A stretch of 64,000 bases of DNA from Gemmatimonadaceae bacterium (GCA_051859245.1 JBHYGA010000001.1:32001-96000), one strand, 5' to 3'; numbered from the stretch's first letter, positions 47,403 to 57,420 are shown. Numbers and translations: made by a program. The notes: generated by a model from the sequence alone, not told the origin.

Positions 47403-48518
47403 ATGCCATCAAGCGGCTCGACGTTGCCTCAGCCACCCGCCACCTTCCCGCTCCGCTGGCTGCTCGCCAATGGCTCGCCGGCGGTGCGCTACCGGTCCCT
47501 GGTGGAAGTGGCCGCGCTGCCGCTCTCCGCGGACACCCGAATCGGACGCGTGCCCTACGCCTCGCGCCAGGGCTGGGAGCTGCTGCTCCACCAGCACATT
47601 GACGGCACCTGGGGCCACGGCATGCTCACCGTCCCTGGCACCGGGCTCGGCACCAAACCGGCTGTGGGAGGCATTCCGGGCTATCGGAGGCTGTTGGAGC
47701 TGGGCTGGGATCCGGAGTCGGCCCCGCTGGCAACGTCGCGGCGCGCGCTCTTCCGGTTGCTCCCGGAAGACAACGATCCGGCGTACCTCTACGAATTCGC
47801 CAAAGACGCCGGCTCGGATCCGGACCTGATCGCCCGCGGACGGCAGATTCTGCGGGAGGCCGCCGCGGCGGCGCTCGCGCAGGCCGGTTATGAGGCGGAT
47901 CCACGTTTGCGCGGCGCCGCTCGACGCATCATTGACCGCATGGGCGCCTTCCTGCGCTCGCCGGCCGCGGAGAAACCCTTCATTCGTGTGGGCAATCAGC
48001 ATGTCTTGCCGCTGGAGGCCTCGCCGCCGTCGTTCCACACGCTCGTAATGCTGGCGTACATGCCGCATTTCAGGAGCGAGTACTACGACAACATGGAACG
48101 GCTGTACCACTGGTTGTCGCTGCAGTTGCCCCGGATGTCGCCCATCCAGCAGGTGGGCGAGACGCACATGATTGAGCAGCCGCATCTCGCACTCGGTGAT
48201 ATCCTGCCAACGCGGCATATCATGGACGCCGACATGCCCACCGCGCTGGCCTGGCTGGAAATCATGGCGCGCCTTGGGTACCTGCGCCGGAACGAGGGGT
48301 GGGGCCGGTTGTTTGATCGCCTGCTCGACGATCGAGATCGCCACGGCGTGTGGCATCCGCCCCGTTCGGTCACCATGCCGGCCAATGTGCCGGATTGGGT
48401 GTGGCCCACGATGCCGCTCACTGATCGCCAGGCGGAAGCGGACGATTACGCCGTGGATGTGACCTTCCGCCTTGGTCTGATCGCAAAGCTGGCTGGACGG
48501 CCGATCGAGCTGATTTGA
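47403..48518 (+). CDS. Conserved hypothetical protein, possible alpha/alpha barrel (prenyltransferase-like)
   Basis: Long ORF with high GC3; QHIDGTW and RDRHGVW resemble QxxDGxW repeats; start uncertain. Confidence 0.55.
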   Translation: MPSSGSTLPQPPATFPLRWLLANGSPAVRYRSLVEVAALPLSADTRIGRVPYASRQGWELLLHQHIDGTWGHGMLTVPGTGLGTKPAVGGIPGYRRLLELGWDPESAPLATSRRALFRLLPEDNDPAYLYEFAKDAGSDPDLIARGRQILREAAAAALAQAGYEADPRLRGAARRIIDRMGAFLRSPAAEKPFIRVGNQHVLPLEASPPSFHTLVMLAYMPHFRSEYYDNMERLYHWLSLQLPRMSPIQQVGETHMIEQPHLALGDILPTRHIMDADMPTALAWLEIMARLGYLRRNEGWGRLFDRLLDDRDRHGVWHPPRSVTMPANVPDWVWPTMPLTDRQAEADDYAVDVTFRLGLIAKLAGRPIELI

Positions 48519-48557
48519 TGCGGCAGCCCCGGAAAGCGATTAGCTTTCCGGGATAAC

Positions 48558-49769
48558 ATGCCGAATACACAGAAGATACTGCCCCCGACCTTCGCTCAGC
48601 TCGGGCTCGCACAAGAGTTGCTGGACGCCCTGAAGGACGCCGGATACGAGCACCCGACCCCGATTCAAGCTGACGCGATTCCGATCGCGCTCACTGGTCG
48701 TGACATCATTGGCCTGGCGCAAACCGGCACCGGAAAAACGGCCAGCTTTACGCTGCCGATTCTGGATCGGCTCATGCATGGTCCGCGCCGCACACGCGCG
48801 CTGGTGCTCACGCCTACGCGTGAACTCTGTTTGCAAGTGGAAGAGAGTGTGCGCAAATACTCCAAACACGCGCCGCTCGATGTGATTCCGGTGTTTGGTG
48901 GTGTGAGTTACGAGCCGCAGGAAAAGGCGTTGCGATCTGGCGTTGACATCGTGGTTGCCACGCCTGGCCGACTGATTGATCAGATGGATCGTCGCAACGT
49001 GGATTTTTCCTATCTTGAAATTCTCGTACTCGATGAAGCGGACCGCATGCTCGACATGGGATTTGCACCGCAGATTCAGAAAGTGATCGAACAGATTCCG
49101 CGCTACCGTCAGACGATGCTCTTTTCGGCGACGATGCCGCCGGAAGTGGAAGCGCTGGGACGCAAGTATTTGCGTCGTCCGGTGGTGGTGCAGGTGGGAC
49201 GACGCTCGCAGGCCGCCAGCACCGTGACCCACGCGGTGTACCCGGTGCGCAAAGAGCGGAAAACCGAACTGCTGGTGGACCTGCTCACCAAGTCGCACCA
49301 TGACTCGGTGCTGGTGTTTACGCGCACCAAACACGGCGCCGACAAGATTGAGTCGGAGCTGCAGCGCCGCGGAATTCCTGCCGCCGCCATGCACGCCGAC
49401 AAGTCGCAGCCGCAGCGCATTCGCGCGCTTGAGGATTTTCGCTCGAACAAGATTCGCGTGCTGGTGGCCACCGATATTGCGCAGCGCGGACTCGACATTG
49501 ATGGCATCTCGCACGTGATCAACTACGACGTGCCGCAGGCGCCGGAAGATTATGTGCACCGCATTGGACGTACTGGTCGCGCGGCCACCACGGGTGACGC
49601 GTACACGTTCATGTCGCCCGATGAGATTGGCATGGTGCGCACGATCGAGCGCGAGATCAATCAGGAAATCCCGCGCATTTCGGTGCCCGGCTTTGACTTT
49701 GGCACCGTGGCGGCAACTGCCGTGTCCGCGCATGCGAAGGATGCGACGCTGACCGCGCCGATTGCCTGA
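48558..49769 (+). CDS. DEAD-box RNA helicase (RhlE-like)
   Basis: Q motif PTPIQ, AQTGTGKT, PTREL, TPGR, DEAD, SAT, HRIGRTGR. Confidence 0.95.
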   Translation: MPNTQKILPPTFAQLGLAQELLDALKDAGYEHPTPIQADAIPIALTGRDIIGLAQTGTGKTASFTLPILDRLMHGPRRTRALVLTPTRELCLQVEESVRKYSKHAPLDVIPVFGGVSYEPQEKALRSGVDIVVATPGRLIDQMDRRNVDFSYLEILVLDEADRMLDMGFAPQIQKVIEQIPRYRQTMLFSATMPPEVEALGRKYLRRPVVVQVGRRSQAASTVTHAVYPVRKERKTELLVDLLTKSHHDSVLVFTRTKHGADKIESELQRRGIPAAAMHADKSQPQRIRALEDFRSNKIRVLVATDIAQRGLDIDGISHVINYDVPQAPEDYVHRIGRTGRAATTGDAYTFMSPDEIGMVRTIEREINQEIPRISVPGFDFGTVAATAVSAHAKDATLTAPIA

Positions 49770-49786
49770 GTCAGGCGGACGCGTGC

Positions 49787-50209
49787 TCATCGCACGCGTC
49801 CGAGTCGAGAGACGGTGATGGTGTCCACCACCGTACCGCGGGCGAGCACCAGGCTGAGATTGGACGCGCCGAAGCCGAGTCCTGAAGGCAAATACGACAT
49901 GGAGTCGCGGGTGGTGGTCAAGGCCACCCCATGTGTGTGCGCGAGGGCGAGCCGCGCCAGTGAGTCGGCGCCGGCGTGCACGGTCAGGCGCCCGTCGGCT
50001 TCGCTCAACCGCACTGCCGTTCGTCGCCCGGCAGCGCCGGCATGCTCGCGGGCCAGCGCGAAGGCGTCTCGCACCGCCCGTGACGCGGCTTGCACGGCGA
50101 GCCGGTCCCGCATGACGCCCACACCTCGGAGTGCGATGGCGAGCACGATGGCGAGCAGCACGATGGCGACGAGTTGATCAATCACGGTGAAGCCGCACGG
50201 GCGGCGCAT
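49787..50209 (-). CDS. GspH/FimT-like pseudopilin
   Basis: GFTVIDQL prepilin-like N-terminus with hydrophobic helix; C-terminal TITVSRLGRVR. Confidence 0.7.
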   Translation of the reverse strand: MRRPCGFTVIDQLVAIVLLAIVLAIALRGVGVMRDRLAVQAASRAVRDAFALAREHAGAAGRRTAVRLSEADGRLTVHAGADSLARLALAHTHGVALTTTRDSMSYLPSGLGFGASNLSLVLARGTVVDTITVSRLGRVR

Positions 50210-50324
50210 ACGTTCCTCCAGGACGGGTCTCACGTTATATCCACCAGGAGCGACGAAATCGCGTGACCAGAATCGCGCCGCCCTGAGCATTATCCCGCAC
50301 CCCGCCCTCTCCCTCGGAGTTCGC

Positions 50325-50591
50325 ATGTCGAGCCGTCCGCTGTCCGCCCTTCGTGCCCTGCTCATGGCCGCCGTCGCGCTTTCGTTCACCACGGGCTGCA
50401 AGCAGATCACGAACCCGAACGCCGAGGTCGAGCTGCAGCAGTCGCTCTACGACCTGCAGGACCTGCTCGTGCAGATGCGGGAAGAAACGTCGCTGCTGCA
50501 GTCGCAGGTCGACTCCCTGCAGTTCGTGGTGGCGCGGCAGGACACGGCGCTGCGTCGTATTGCGAACCTGATGGGCGCCCCGCTGCCATAA
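50325..50591 (+). CDS. Small coiled-coil lipoprotein
   Basis: GGAG RBS, lipobox TTGC, heptad Leu/Gln pattern. Confidence 0.65.
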   Translation: MSSRPLSALRALLMAAVALSFTTGCKQITNPNAEVELQQSLYDLQDLLVQMREETSLLQSQVDSLQFVVARQDTALRRIANLMGAPLP

Positions 50592-50722
50592 GCGCGACTC
50601 GGCGCTCGACGGCCTCGTTCGCACAACTGTTGCGCAACACGGTGGGCGACGTCGTTGTGGGGGCAGTACATTGCAGCGTCACGACGAATGTCGTGGTCCC
50701 TCAATTCTTCTGACGTTTCGGC

Positions 50723-51802
50723 ATGCGCATCGCAATATCCACCGGGGGCGGAGATGCTCCCGGACTGAACGCAGTAATTCGCGCCGCGGTGCTTTCCGCG
50801 CGCAATCGTGGGTGGGATGTCCTGGGCAGCAAGCGCGGGTACGCGGGCCTGCTCGGTGATGACGACGTCGTACCGCTCAACTCTGAATCCGTGCGCGGCA
50901 TCATGGCGCACGGCGGCACGATTTTGCGCACCACCAATCGCGGCAGTCCATTCGCGTATCCCGTGCGCAACGCGGACGGATCGTGGAGCGAAGTCGATCG
51001 CTCCGATGAAATCATGGAGAACGCGCGCAATCTTGGCATTGATGCGCTGATCTCCATCGGTGGTGACGGTTCGCTCGCCATTGCCCAGCGTCTCGTGGAT
51101 AAAGGCATGCGCATTGTGGGTGTGCCGAAAACCATCGACAACGATGTCTCCGGTACGGTCATGACATTCGGCTTCGATACCGCGGTGAACACCGCGATCG
51201 AAGCGATTGACAAGTTGCATACGACTGCCGAAAGCCATGATCGTGTGATGGTGCTCGAGGTCATGGGCCGCGACGCCGGTTTCATTGCGCTCTACGCGGG
51301 CATTGCGGGCACCGCCGATGTCATCCTTGTGCCCGAGATTCCGTGGGCCATGGACAAAGTGTGCGAAAAGATTCGCGCCCGTGATGCCGCCGGTCGCCGC
51401 TTCAGCATTGTGGTGGTGGCGGAAGGTGTGACCATGCCCAGCGGAGACGTGGGTGTGATGGGCGAATCGTTGCCGGGGCAGATGAAACGTGTGGGCGGCG
51501 TGGCCGACACGATCGCGCGCGAGATTCAGGAGCGCACCGGCAAGGAAACCCGGTCGCTGGTGCTGGGGCACTTGCAGCGTGGTGGCTCGCCCACCGGCTA
51601 TGATCGCTTGCTCGCGACCCGATTTGGTGGCGCGGCGGTTGAAGCCGTGGCCGCCAAGAAGTGGGGGCACATGGTGGCGCTGCAATCGCCGCATATCGTG
51701 ACGATCCCGATTGTCGAGGTTCTGAAGGAGAGCAAACGCGTGGAGCCGGACCACGATGTGGTGCGCACGGCGCGCGCGGTTGGGATCAGCTTTGGTGACT
51801 GA
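50723..51802 (+). CDS. pfkA: 6-phosphofructokinase
   Basis: TGGGDAPGLNAVIR, GGTIL, IGGDGS, PKTIDND, EVMGR, LGHLQRGG. Confidence 0.94.
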   Translation: MRIAISTGGGDAPGLNAVIRAAVLSARNRGWDVLGSKRGYAGLLGDDDVVPLNSESVRGIMAHGGTILRTTNRGSPFAYPVRNADGSWSEVDRSDEIMENARNLGIDALISIGGDGSLAIAQRLVDKGMRIVGVPKTIDNDVSGTVMTFGFDTAVNTAIEAIDKLHTTAESHDRVMVLEVMGRDAGFIALYAGIAGTADVILVPEIPWAMDKVCEKIRARDAAGRRFSIVVVAEGVTMPSGDVGVMGESLPGQMKRVGGVADTIAREIQERTGKETRSLVLGHLQRGGSPTGYDRLLATRFGGAAVEAVAAKKWGHMVALQSPHIVTIPIVEVLKESKRVEPDHDVVRTARAVGISFGD

Positions 51803-51948
51803 GGGGTAGGAGCAGTCGAACGCTGGCAGAGCGTCTCCCTAGTGGGACGCGAGTGTCCCGCAGGCGGGACGTCGATGGGACCGGCCAATTGGTGCACGCC
51901 CCGCTTGTACAGAGGGGAAATCGGCTGATTCGCTGGCGAGCTCAGCGT

Positions 51949-51963
51949 TGGCACGGCTTCTGC
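51949..51963 (+). promoter_or_regulatory. Candidate sigma54 (-24/-12) promoter
   Basis: TGGCACGGCTTCTGC: GG-N10-GC with TGGCACG consensus, ~70 bp upstream of the 52031 gene. Confidence 0.55.
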
Positions 51964-52030
51964 GTTGACTATTGGTGTGGCGTCCGCGTCATCAATGGGG
52001 ATGGAGCAGGGCGTCTCGCTGGAGGAAATC

Positions 52031-53017
52031 ATGGTACGTCTATTTTTGCGTCGAACACTGATCGCTGGCGGACTGCTGGTCGCGGTGAGCGTTCCCATGG
52101 AACGTTCGGCCGCGCAATCGGCGGGCGCATCGCGCGTAGCTGCTGACAGCGTGCCGAAGGAGTTTCTTCCGCCCGCCGACATGTGCCGGATCTGGTTGGA
52201 CGGCGTGCCCGCCACGCAGCAGCCGGCTCCCACAGAGTGCAGCTTGGCCGTGCGCAACAAGCCACCCAACGGCAAGGTGATCTACGGCCCCAAGAAAGCC
52301 GGTGCGTCGGGCAAGGGGCTCACCGATGTACCGATCAAGCGATTCGACAACAAAACCACACCCAAACCGCCCATCAAGATTCCCGGGCGGCCTGATGTGA
52401 GCGACGCAGGTCGTGAACCGTGGGAAGCGAAGCGCGTGACGGATGAGCAGTTGTACGGCGACCGGCAGGGGAACCTGCCGGTTTCGTCGTCTGGTGGGTT
52501 TGGCCCGCCAGGGGGCGCGAACGGCACCTTCGACGCGTACGTCGGTCAGGGCGGGCTGCTCTTGGGTACGGGGCCGATGGTTGATCCGCGCTATTTCTCC
52601 GGCAACACGCCGCCGCCGGGCCGCGGCTCCACCACGTGTCTTGATCGTGATGGTGACGGCTGGTGCGACGACTTCCGATTCGGTCCGCCGCCGTGTCTGG
52701 ATCGCGATAAAGATGGGCGCTGCGATGACCTGCCGGCCTTTGCGTCGCAGCCGTATCCGCAGGTGCTGCCGCGCATGCAGGCCGCTGTTGATGTGGTGCA
52801 GGGGCGTGCCAGCGTGGAAGTGGCGCAGTGGCTTGGTACGAACGAGTTTGTGGCCCGTTTGCCAGACCAGGGTCGTGGCACACCGTGGCGCGCGATCTTT
52901 CTCGATGCCAACAGCAATCAGCTCATGCAGGTCTGGACTGACCGCAACAAAGACGGGCTGGTTGATCGCGTCGAAGTCTTTCGCGACGGACAACGGGTCA
53001 AGCTGATACAGCGCTAA
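52031..53017 (+). CDS. Secreted hypothetical protein with Cys-flanked DxDxDG motifs
   Basis: GGAGG RBS, signal peptide, PPADMCRIW...QPAPTEC, CLDRDGDGWCDD and CLDRDKDGRCDD. Confidence 0.7.
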   Translation: MVRLFLRRTLIAGGLLVAVSVPMERSAAQSAGASRVAADSVPKEFLPPADMCRIWLDGVPATQQPAPTECSLAVRNKPPNGKVIYGPKKAGASGKGLTDVPIKRFDNKTTPKPPIKIPGRPDVSDAGREPWEAKRVTDEQLYGDRQGNLPVSSSGGFGPPGGANGTFDAYVGQGGLLLGTGPMVDPRYFSGNTPPPGRGSTTCLDRDGDGWCDDFRFGPPPCLDRDKDGRCDDLPAFASQPYPQVLPRMQAAVDVVQGRASVEVAQWLGTNEFVARLPDQGRGTPWRAIFLDANSNQLMQVWTDRNKDGLVDRVEVFRDGQRVKLIQR

Positions 53018-53042
53018 CGTGCGAGGCCGTTAGCTTACGGCT

Positions 53043-55793
53043 GTGCGCACTGTCTACGACCGCTATCTGCCAATCGACCGCGACGCATTTGTCGCGGCCA
53101 AACCGAGTACCGGTCGCGTAATTGTGATCGCACCCACGCGCGCCGCGTGTGAGACGATTGAACTCGCGGTTGGGCTGCATATCGACACGTTCCTTGAGCG
53201 CACACGCGGCGAAGATTTGCGTCGCCTGGCGGGCAGTGGATCAGGCTTCGGTATTGTTGCGGGCACGGGCACCGGAAAAACGCTCGCCATTCGCCCGATC
53301 GCCGAAACGATACTCGGCACGACCGCGCTGAAAGTTGGCGTGATTAACCGTGAGCGCGAAGCCACGCCGGAAACGCCCGGGTGGAACGTGATTATCGTGA
53401 CCACCGGCATCGCGCGTCGCTGGTTTCAGGACGGCGACATTCTGCCGCAGGACACGCTCATCGTTGACGAGATTCACCAAACGAGCGCTGAGCTTGAACT
53501 GTGCCTGGCGCTCGGCAAGCGCACCGGGTGTCGATTTATCTGGTTGTCGGCCACGGTCGATCCCACGTTCTATTCGCGCTACCTTGAAAGTGCCGAAGTG
53601 CTTGCCGTTACGGCGTTCGATGCGCAGAAAGCGGCGACCGTTGATGTGGTGCGCAAACAACCCGTTGAGTTTCTCGACGATGGGTTCTTGCGCAAAGCGG
53701 TGAAAGCAGGGCGCGGGATTGCGATGTTCCTGCCAACACGTGCGATGGTGGAAGAAGCGGCGGCCTGGGTGCAATCGCGCTATCCCACGATTGCGGCCGC
53801 GCACTATCACGGCGGCGAACCGATTCGCGTGATCCGGCCGTTTCTGGAAGGTGAAGTCAAGAAGCCGTTTTTTCTGTCCATGACGGCGGCGGGACAGAGC
53901 GCGCTCAATGTCCCGGGGCTCGACACGGTAATCATTGATGATTCGCGCTTTACCAATGTGATCATGCGCGGGCGCAATGTGCTCACGCGCACGCATCTTG
54001 GCTCGAACGAAATTCTGCAGATGGCGGGACGTGTGCACGGCCGTGTGGCCGGTGGACGTGTGCACATTCTCAGTGATCGCGATATTCACTTCGCATCACT
54101 CAAGCCAACGGAACCGGAGTTTCAGCTGGCCGGTGATTCCGAGCGCGTCGCACTGACATGCGCCGGACTCGGCGTGCGGGCCGATGATCTCGAGTTACCG
54201 GTGCCGCTTGATCGCGCGGCGTATCGGAACGCGCTTTCGTTGCTTGAATCGCGTGGGTTGGTCGAAGCCGGTCGTCTCACGGATTACGGCCGCGCCGTAG
54301 AAGCCTTGCCCGTAGAGCGGGCGTGGGGCGAGCTGATTGTACACGGCGAAGATGAGTTGCTGCCGTACCTCACCGTGATGAGCGGTATTGAATCGCTGCA
54401 TCGCATGACGCGTGATGATCGCAATCTCGAAGGATTGGTGATTCACGGCAGTGATCACCTCACGGCGTACAACCTGTACGCCGAGGCGTTCGCGGAAGCT
54501 GGCCACGTGGGTGAAGTGTATGGCCTCGCGCGTCACCTGTTTGACGCCGAACGCATTGAGTTGTGGGCGGAGCGTCGTGGTGTGCTGGTCAAGTCGCTCG
54601 AAGATGCCGCGCTGGCCATGGCGAGTGTGTATCGCAGTGTGAGTCGTCCGCTGCCGTCAACGATGCCACTGGCGCGCGAGCACACGTTGCGCCGTTTTCA
54701 GGATTTGCTCGCGGAGTTCATGCCGTTTGATCTGGTGATCGACGAGCAGACAATTGACGGGCAGAGCGCGCGCGTTTCGCGCACGAGCGTGTGTGGTAGT
54801 TGGGGAGCGGTCGCGGGTTCGCTGCGATTCTTCGCCGATCGGTTTGGTGTGCCACGCGCCGGTATTGAAGGAACGCAGTTATCCCTCGATCTCATCCGGC
54901 GACACGCGCATCGCCATGCGCCTGAGCTGGTGCTTGACCCATCGCGCGGTCACACACCGATTGTTGAACGTCGACGTGTGTCGTACTTCGGATTTGAGCT
55001 GTCGCGCGAATCGGAACCGCTGCGGGATTGGAATGGCGAGCATGCGGCACGAGCGCGCGACCTTGTCGCCGAAGGGCTGGCTTCCGGCCAGCTTCGCCAC
55101 CATGCGGTGAAGCGCAATCACGCCGCCATTGAAGAAGTGCGTGAAGTGTGGCGCCGGCTGGGTGGTACAACGCGACGCCTGGGTCAGGCCGAACTCGCGG
55201 CGTGGTATCGCGCGCAGCTGAATGATGTGAACAACTGGGAAGAGGTGCGTCGTCTCGCGATGGCGCTGGATGTACGCGAGTTCGTGTCGGATGCGGATCG
55301 TGCGCGAGCGGCCGCCATGCCCGACGAAGTATTGATCCGTGACCGTGGCGTTTCGCTCGAGTATGATGTCGATGTGGCGGCCGACGGCACGATGAGTTCC
55401 TCGGTTCGACTGCGGTTGCCGGAGAAGCTTGCGCGTACGTTGTCAGTGGAAGAAGTGCCCACGCTGACCGGCGTGCTGGCGGGCCGTCCGCTGCGATTTG
55501 TAGTTACGCGTGGACAGCGCGGAGCAGTGCGTGCGGATTCACTGCACGAGTTGCAAGACAAACTCGACGCGCCGTGGACGGACGAAGAAATCGCGGCGCA
55601 CGCGCGGGCGCGTGATCAGAAGCGCGAAGCGTACCGTCAGGAAGGCCAGCGCCGCGGTGAGCGCGGGCGTGGTGGGCCGGGGCACGGTGGCCCGGGGCAC
55701 GGTGGCCCGGGGCGAGGCGGCTCCGGTGGCCCTGGACGCGGCGGGTCGGGTGGCCGCGGAAAGCCACGCAGTCCAAAGCGCCGCGGGCGCTAG
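53043..55793 (+). CDS. DExH-box SF2 helicase (HrpA/HrpB-like, atypical motif order)
   Basis: GTGTGKT, TTG, DEIH, SAT, FLPT, QMAGRVHGR, GRLTDYG, SDHLT; Gly/Arg-rich tail. Confidence 0.85.
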   Translation: MRTVYDRYLPIDRDAFVAAKPSTGRVIVIAPTRAACETIELAVGLHIDTFLERTRGEDLRRLAGSGSGFGIVAGTGTGKTLAIRPIAETILGTTALKVGVINREREATPETPGWNVIIVTTGIARRWFQDGDILPQDTLIVDEIHQTSAELELCLALGKRTGCRFIWLSATVDPTFYSRYLESAEVLAVTAFDAQKAATVDVVRKQPVEFLDDGFLRKAVKAGRGIAMFLPTRAMVEEAAAWVQSRYPTIAAAHYHGGEPIRVIRPFLEGEVKKPFFLSMTAAGQSALNVPGLDTVIIDDSRFTNVIMRGRNVLTRTHLGSNEILQMAGRVHGRVAGGRVHILSDRDIHFASLKPTEPEFQLAGDSERVALTCAGLGVRADDLELPVPLDRAAYRNALSLLESRGLVEAGRLTDYGRAVEALPVERAWGELIVHGEDELLPYLTVMSGIESLHRMTRDDRNLEGLVIHGSDHLTAYNLYAEAFAEAGHVGEVYGLARHLFDAERIELWAERRGVLVKSLEDAALAMASVYRSVSRPLPSTMPLAREHTLRRFQDLLAEFMPFDLVIDEQTIDGQSARVSRTSVCGSWGAVAGSLRFFADRFGVPRAGIEGTQLSLDLIRRHAHRHAPELVLDPSRGHTPIVERRRVSYFGFELSRESEPLRDWNGEHAARARDLVAEGLASGQLRHHAVKRNHAAIEEVREVWRRLGGTTRRLGQAELAAWYRAQLNDVNNWEEVRRLAMALDVREFVSDADRARAAAMPDEVLIRDRGVSLEYDVDVAADGTMSSSVRLRLPEKLARTLSVEEVPTLTGVLAGRPLRFVVTRGQRGAVRADSLHELQDKLDAPWTDEEIAAHARARDQKREAYRQEGQRRGERGRGGPGHGGPGHGGPGRGGSGGPGRGGSGGRGKPRSPKRRGR
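55670..55760 (+). repeat. Coding tandem repeat (GGPGH/GGPGR tail)
   Basis: 15-nt unit GGTGGCCCGGGGCAC repeated about 3 times, then degenerate copies. Confidence 0.75.
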
Positions 55794-55972
55794 GCCTCCG
55801 ATCTGCGACGTCGGACTACGTGTCCGACCGGAAAACTCACTGTGCATTCCACTTGCCGACAGTACTGCGGCAGTGCTATGTCACGGTCGTGCATCATTTC
55901 GCGCCGCAGTTCGCACAGTCGACTCGTAAGTCGTTGCTAGAAAGCGTGTTACCGTTACTTGCGCGCTGGCTC

Positions 55973-56001
55973 TTGCGCTTTGGACTACTCAGTCCTACTT
56001 T
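55973..56001 (+). promoter_or_regulatory. Sigma70-like promoter with palindromic operator in the spacer
   Basis: TTGCGC-17 bp-TACTTT; spacer contains GGACT-actc-AGTCC (55982-55995). Confidence 0.55.
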
Positions 56002-56010
56002 CACTTCACG

Positions 56011-56622
56011 ATGTCTGACAGACGCCTCCAAATACTCGATGCCGCCGCGACACTGATCGCGGAACGGGGATACACGTCCACTTCGGTGGATGATGTCATT
56101 CGCGGCGCGAAGCTCAGCGGCAAGAGCCACTTCTACCACTACTTCCGATCCAAGGAAGAACTGGGTTACGAAGTGCTCAACCGGCAGTTTGAGCGATTTG
56201 CCGAACGCGGTCTCGCCATCCTGCGCGAGCCGATGATCGATCCGCTCGAACGACTCTCGCTGTTCATTGACGCCGTCGTCGCGCTGCAGGCTGAGCGCGG
56301 CGGGCGCGGCGGGTCACCGTTTGGCAACCTCGCCGCCGAGCTGGCAGATGCGCACGAAGGCTTCCGCATCCGAATCGAGGCCGTGTTCGAACGCTGGGCT
56401 AGTCAGATCCGATCGCTGTTGTGGGAAGCGCGTCCGCAGCTGAATGATGATGTGGACGCCGTACGACTCTCGCGGTTCATCATTGCGACGCTGGAAGGCG
56501 CCGTGCTCATGACGCGAGTGAAGCGGGACCTGGGTGTGCTCGAGGGCATCGCGATTGATCTCAAGCGATTCATCGGCACCCATGTGCGAGACGGCGGGGC
56601 CGTAGTCGCGTTGCACGGGTGA
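56011..56622 (+). CDS. TetR/AcrR family regulator (NemR/YxaF-like)
   Basis: ILDAA..LI..GY..TSVDDV, FYHYFRSKEEL, GSPFGNLAAEL, LEGAVL. Confidence 0.92.
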   Translation: MSDRRLQILDAAATLIAERGYTSTSVDDVIRGAKLSGKSHFYHYFRSKEELGYEVLNRQFERFAERGLAILREPMIDPLERLSLFIDAVVALQAERGGRGGSPFGNLAAELADAHEGFRIRIEAVFERWASQIRSLLWEARPQLNDDVDAVRLSRFIIATLEGAVLMTRVKRDLGVLEGIAIDLKRFIGTHVRDGGAVVALHG

Positions 56623-56729
56623 TGTGGGTGGTGGTCCAGCACGCAGGTTCGCGACGCGTCGGTCGCGGGACTACGGAGCTGGCAACGGGTGGAATGGCCA
56701 CGGGTAGCGTGGCCAGGGAGCGAAACGCG

Positions 56730-57413
56730 ATGGGAACGAGCAGCGAATCGATGGTGCGTCAGCCGGATGAGCTGGAAGTCGCCGTTGAGATTGCCACGGA
56801 AACGTCGGCCGCGTCGTCAGCGGACCGTGTCGCGCGCCGCGCGCAGTTTGAACGCGAGGCGTTAGTGCATTTGGACGCGCTCTACTCCTTTGCGCTCAAA
56901 CTTGCCCGCTCGCGAGACGACGCCGAAGATCTCGTGAGCGACACCATGCTGCGCGCGATTGAACGCTGGGAACAGTACCACCTCGGCACGAACATCCGTG
57001 CCTGGCTCTTCACGATTCTCTACCACGTCTTTGTGAGCCGCAAGCGCCGCATTGACGCGCGTGAAGTGCAGCAGCCGGAAGACACCGAGGGCTGGGCGCT
57101 GTTCGAAGCGGTTGGTGAAGCCGATCCGGAAGGACGTTTCTATGATTCGTTCCTCGATGACGAAATCACACGCGCCATTCGCGCGCTTCCGGAAGAATAT
57201 CGTGCCGCCGTGGTGCTCAGCGATCTGCAGGGATTGCGATACGCCGAGATCGCGGAGGCGCTCGGTGTGCCCGAGGGCACGGTGAAGTCGCGCCTCTTTC
57301 GCGGCCGTCGCATTCTGCAGAAGAAGCTGGCGGGTTATGCCGTGGATATGGGCTACATCAAGCCGTCGTCCATTGTTGACCGCTCGCCCGCGCTTCAAAC
57401 CGCTTCGCTGTAA
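56730..57413 (+). CDS. ECF RNA polymerase sigma factor
   Basis: DAEDLVSDT, RAWLFTI, LPEEYR, YAEIAEALGVPEGTVKSRLFRGR; start uncertain. Confidence 0.92.
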   Translation: MGTSSESMVRQPDELEVAVEIATETSAASSADRVARRAQFEREALVHLDALYSFALKLARSRDDAEDLVSDTMLRAIERWEQYHLGTNIRAWLFTILYHVFVSRKRRIDAREVQQPEDTEGWALFEAVGEADPEGRFYDSFLDDEITRAIRALPEEYRAAVVLSDLQGLRYAEIAEALGVPEGTVKSRLFRGRRILQKKLAGYAVDMGYIKPSSIVDRSPALQTASL

Positions 57414-57420
57414 GTTCGCG

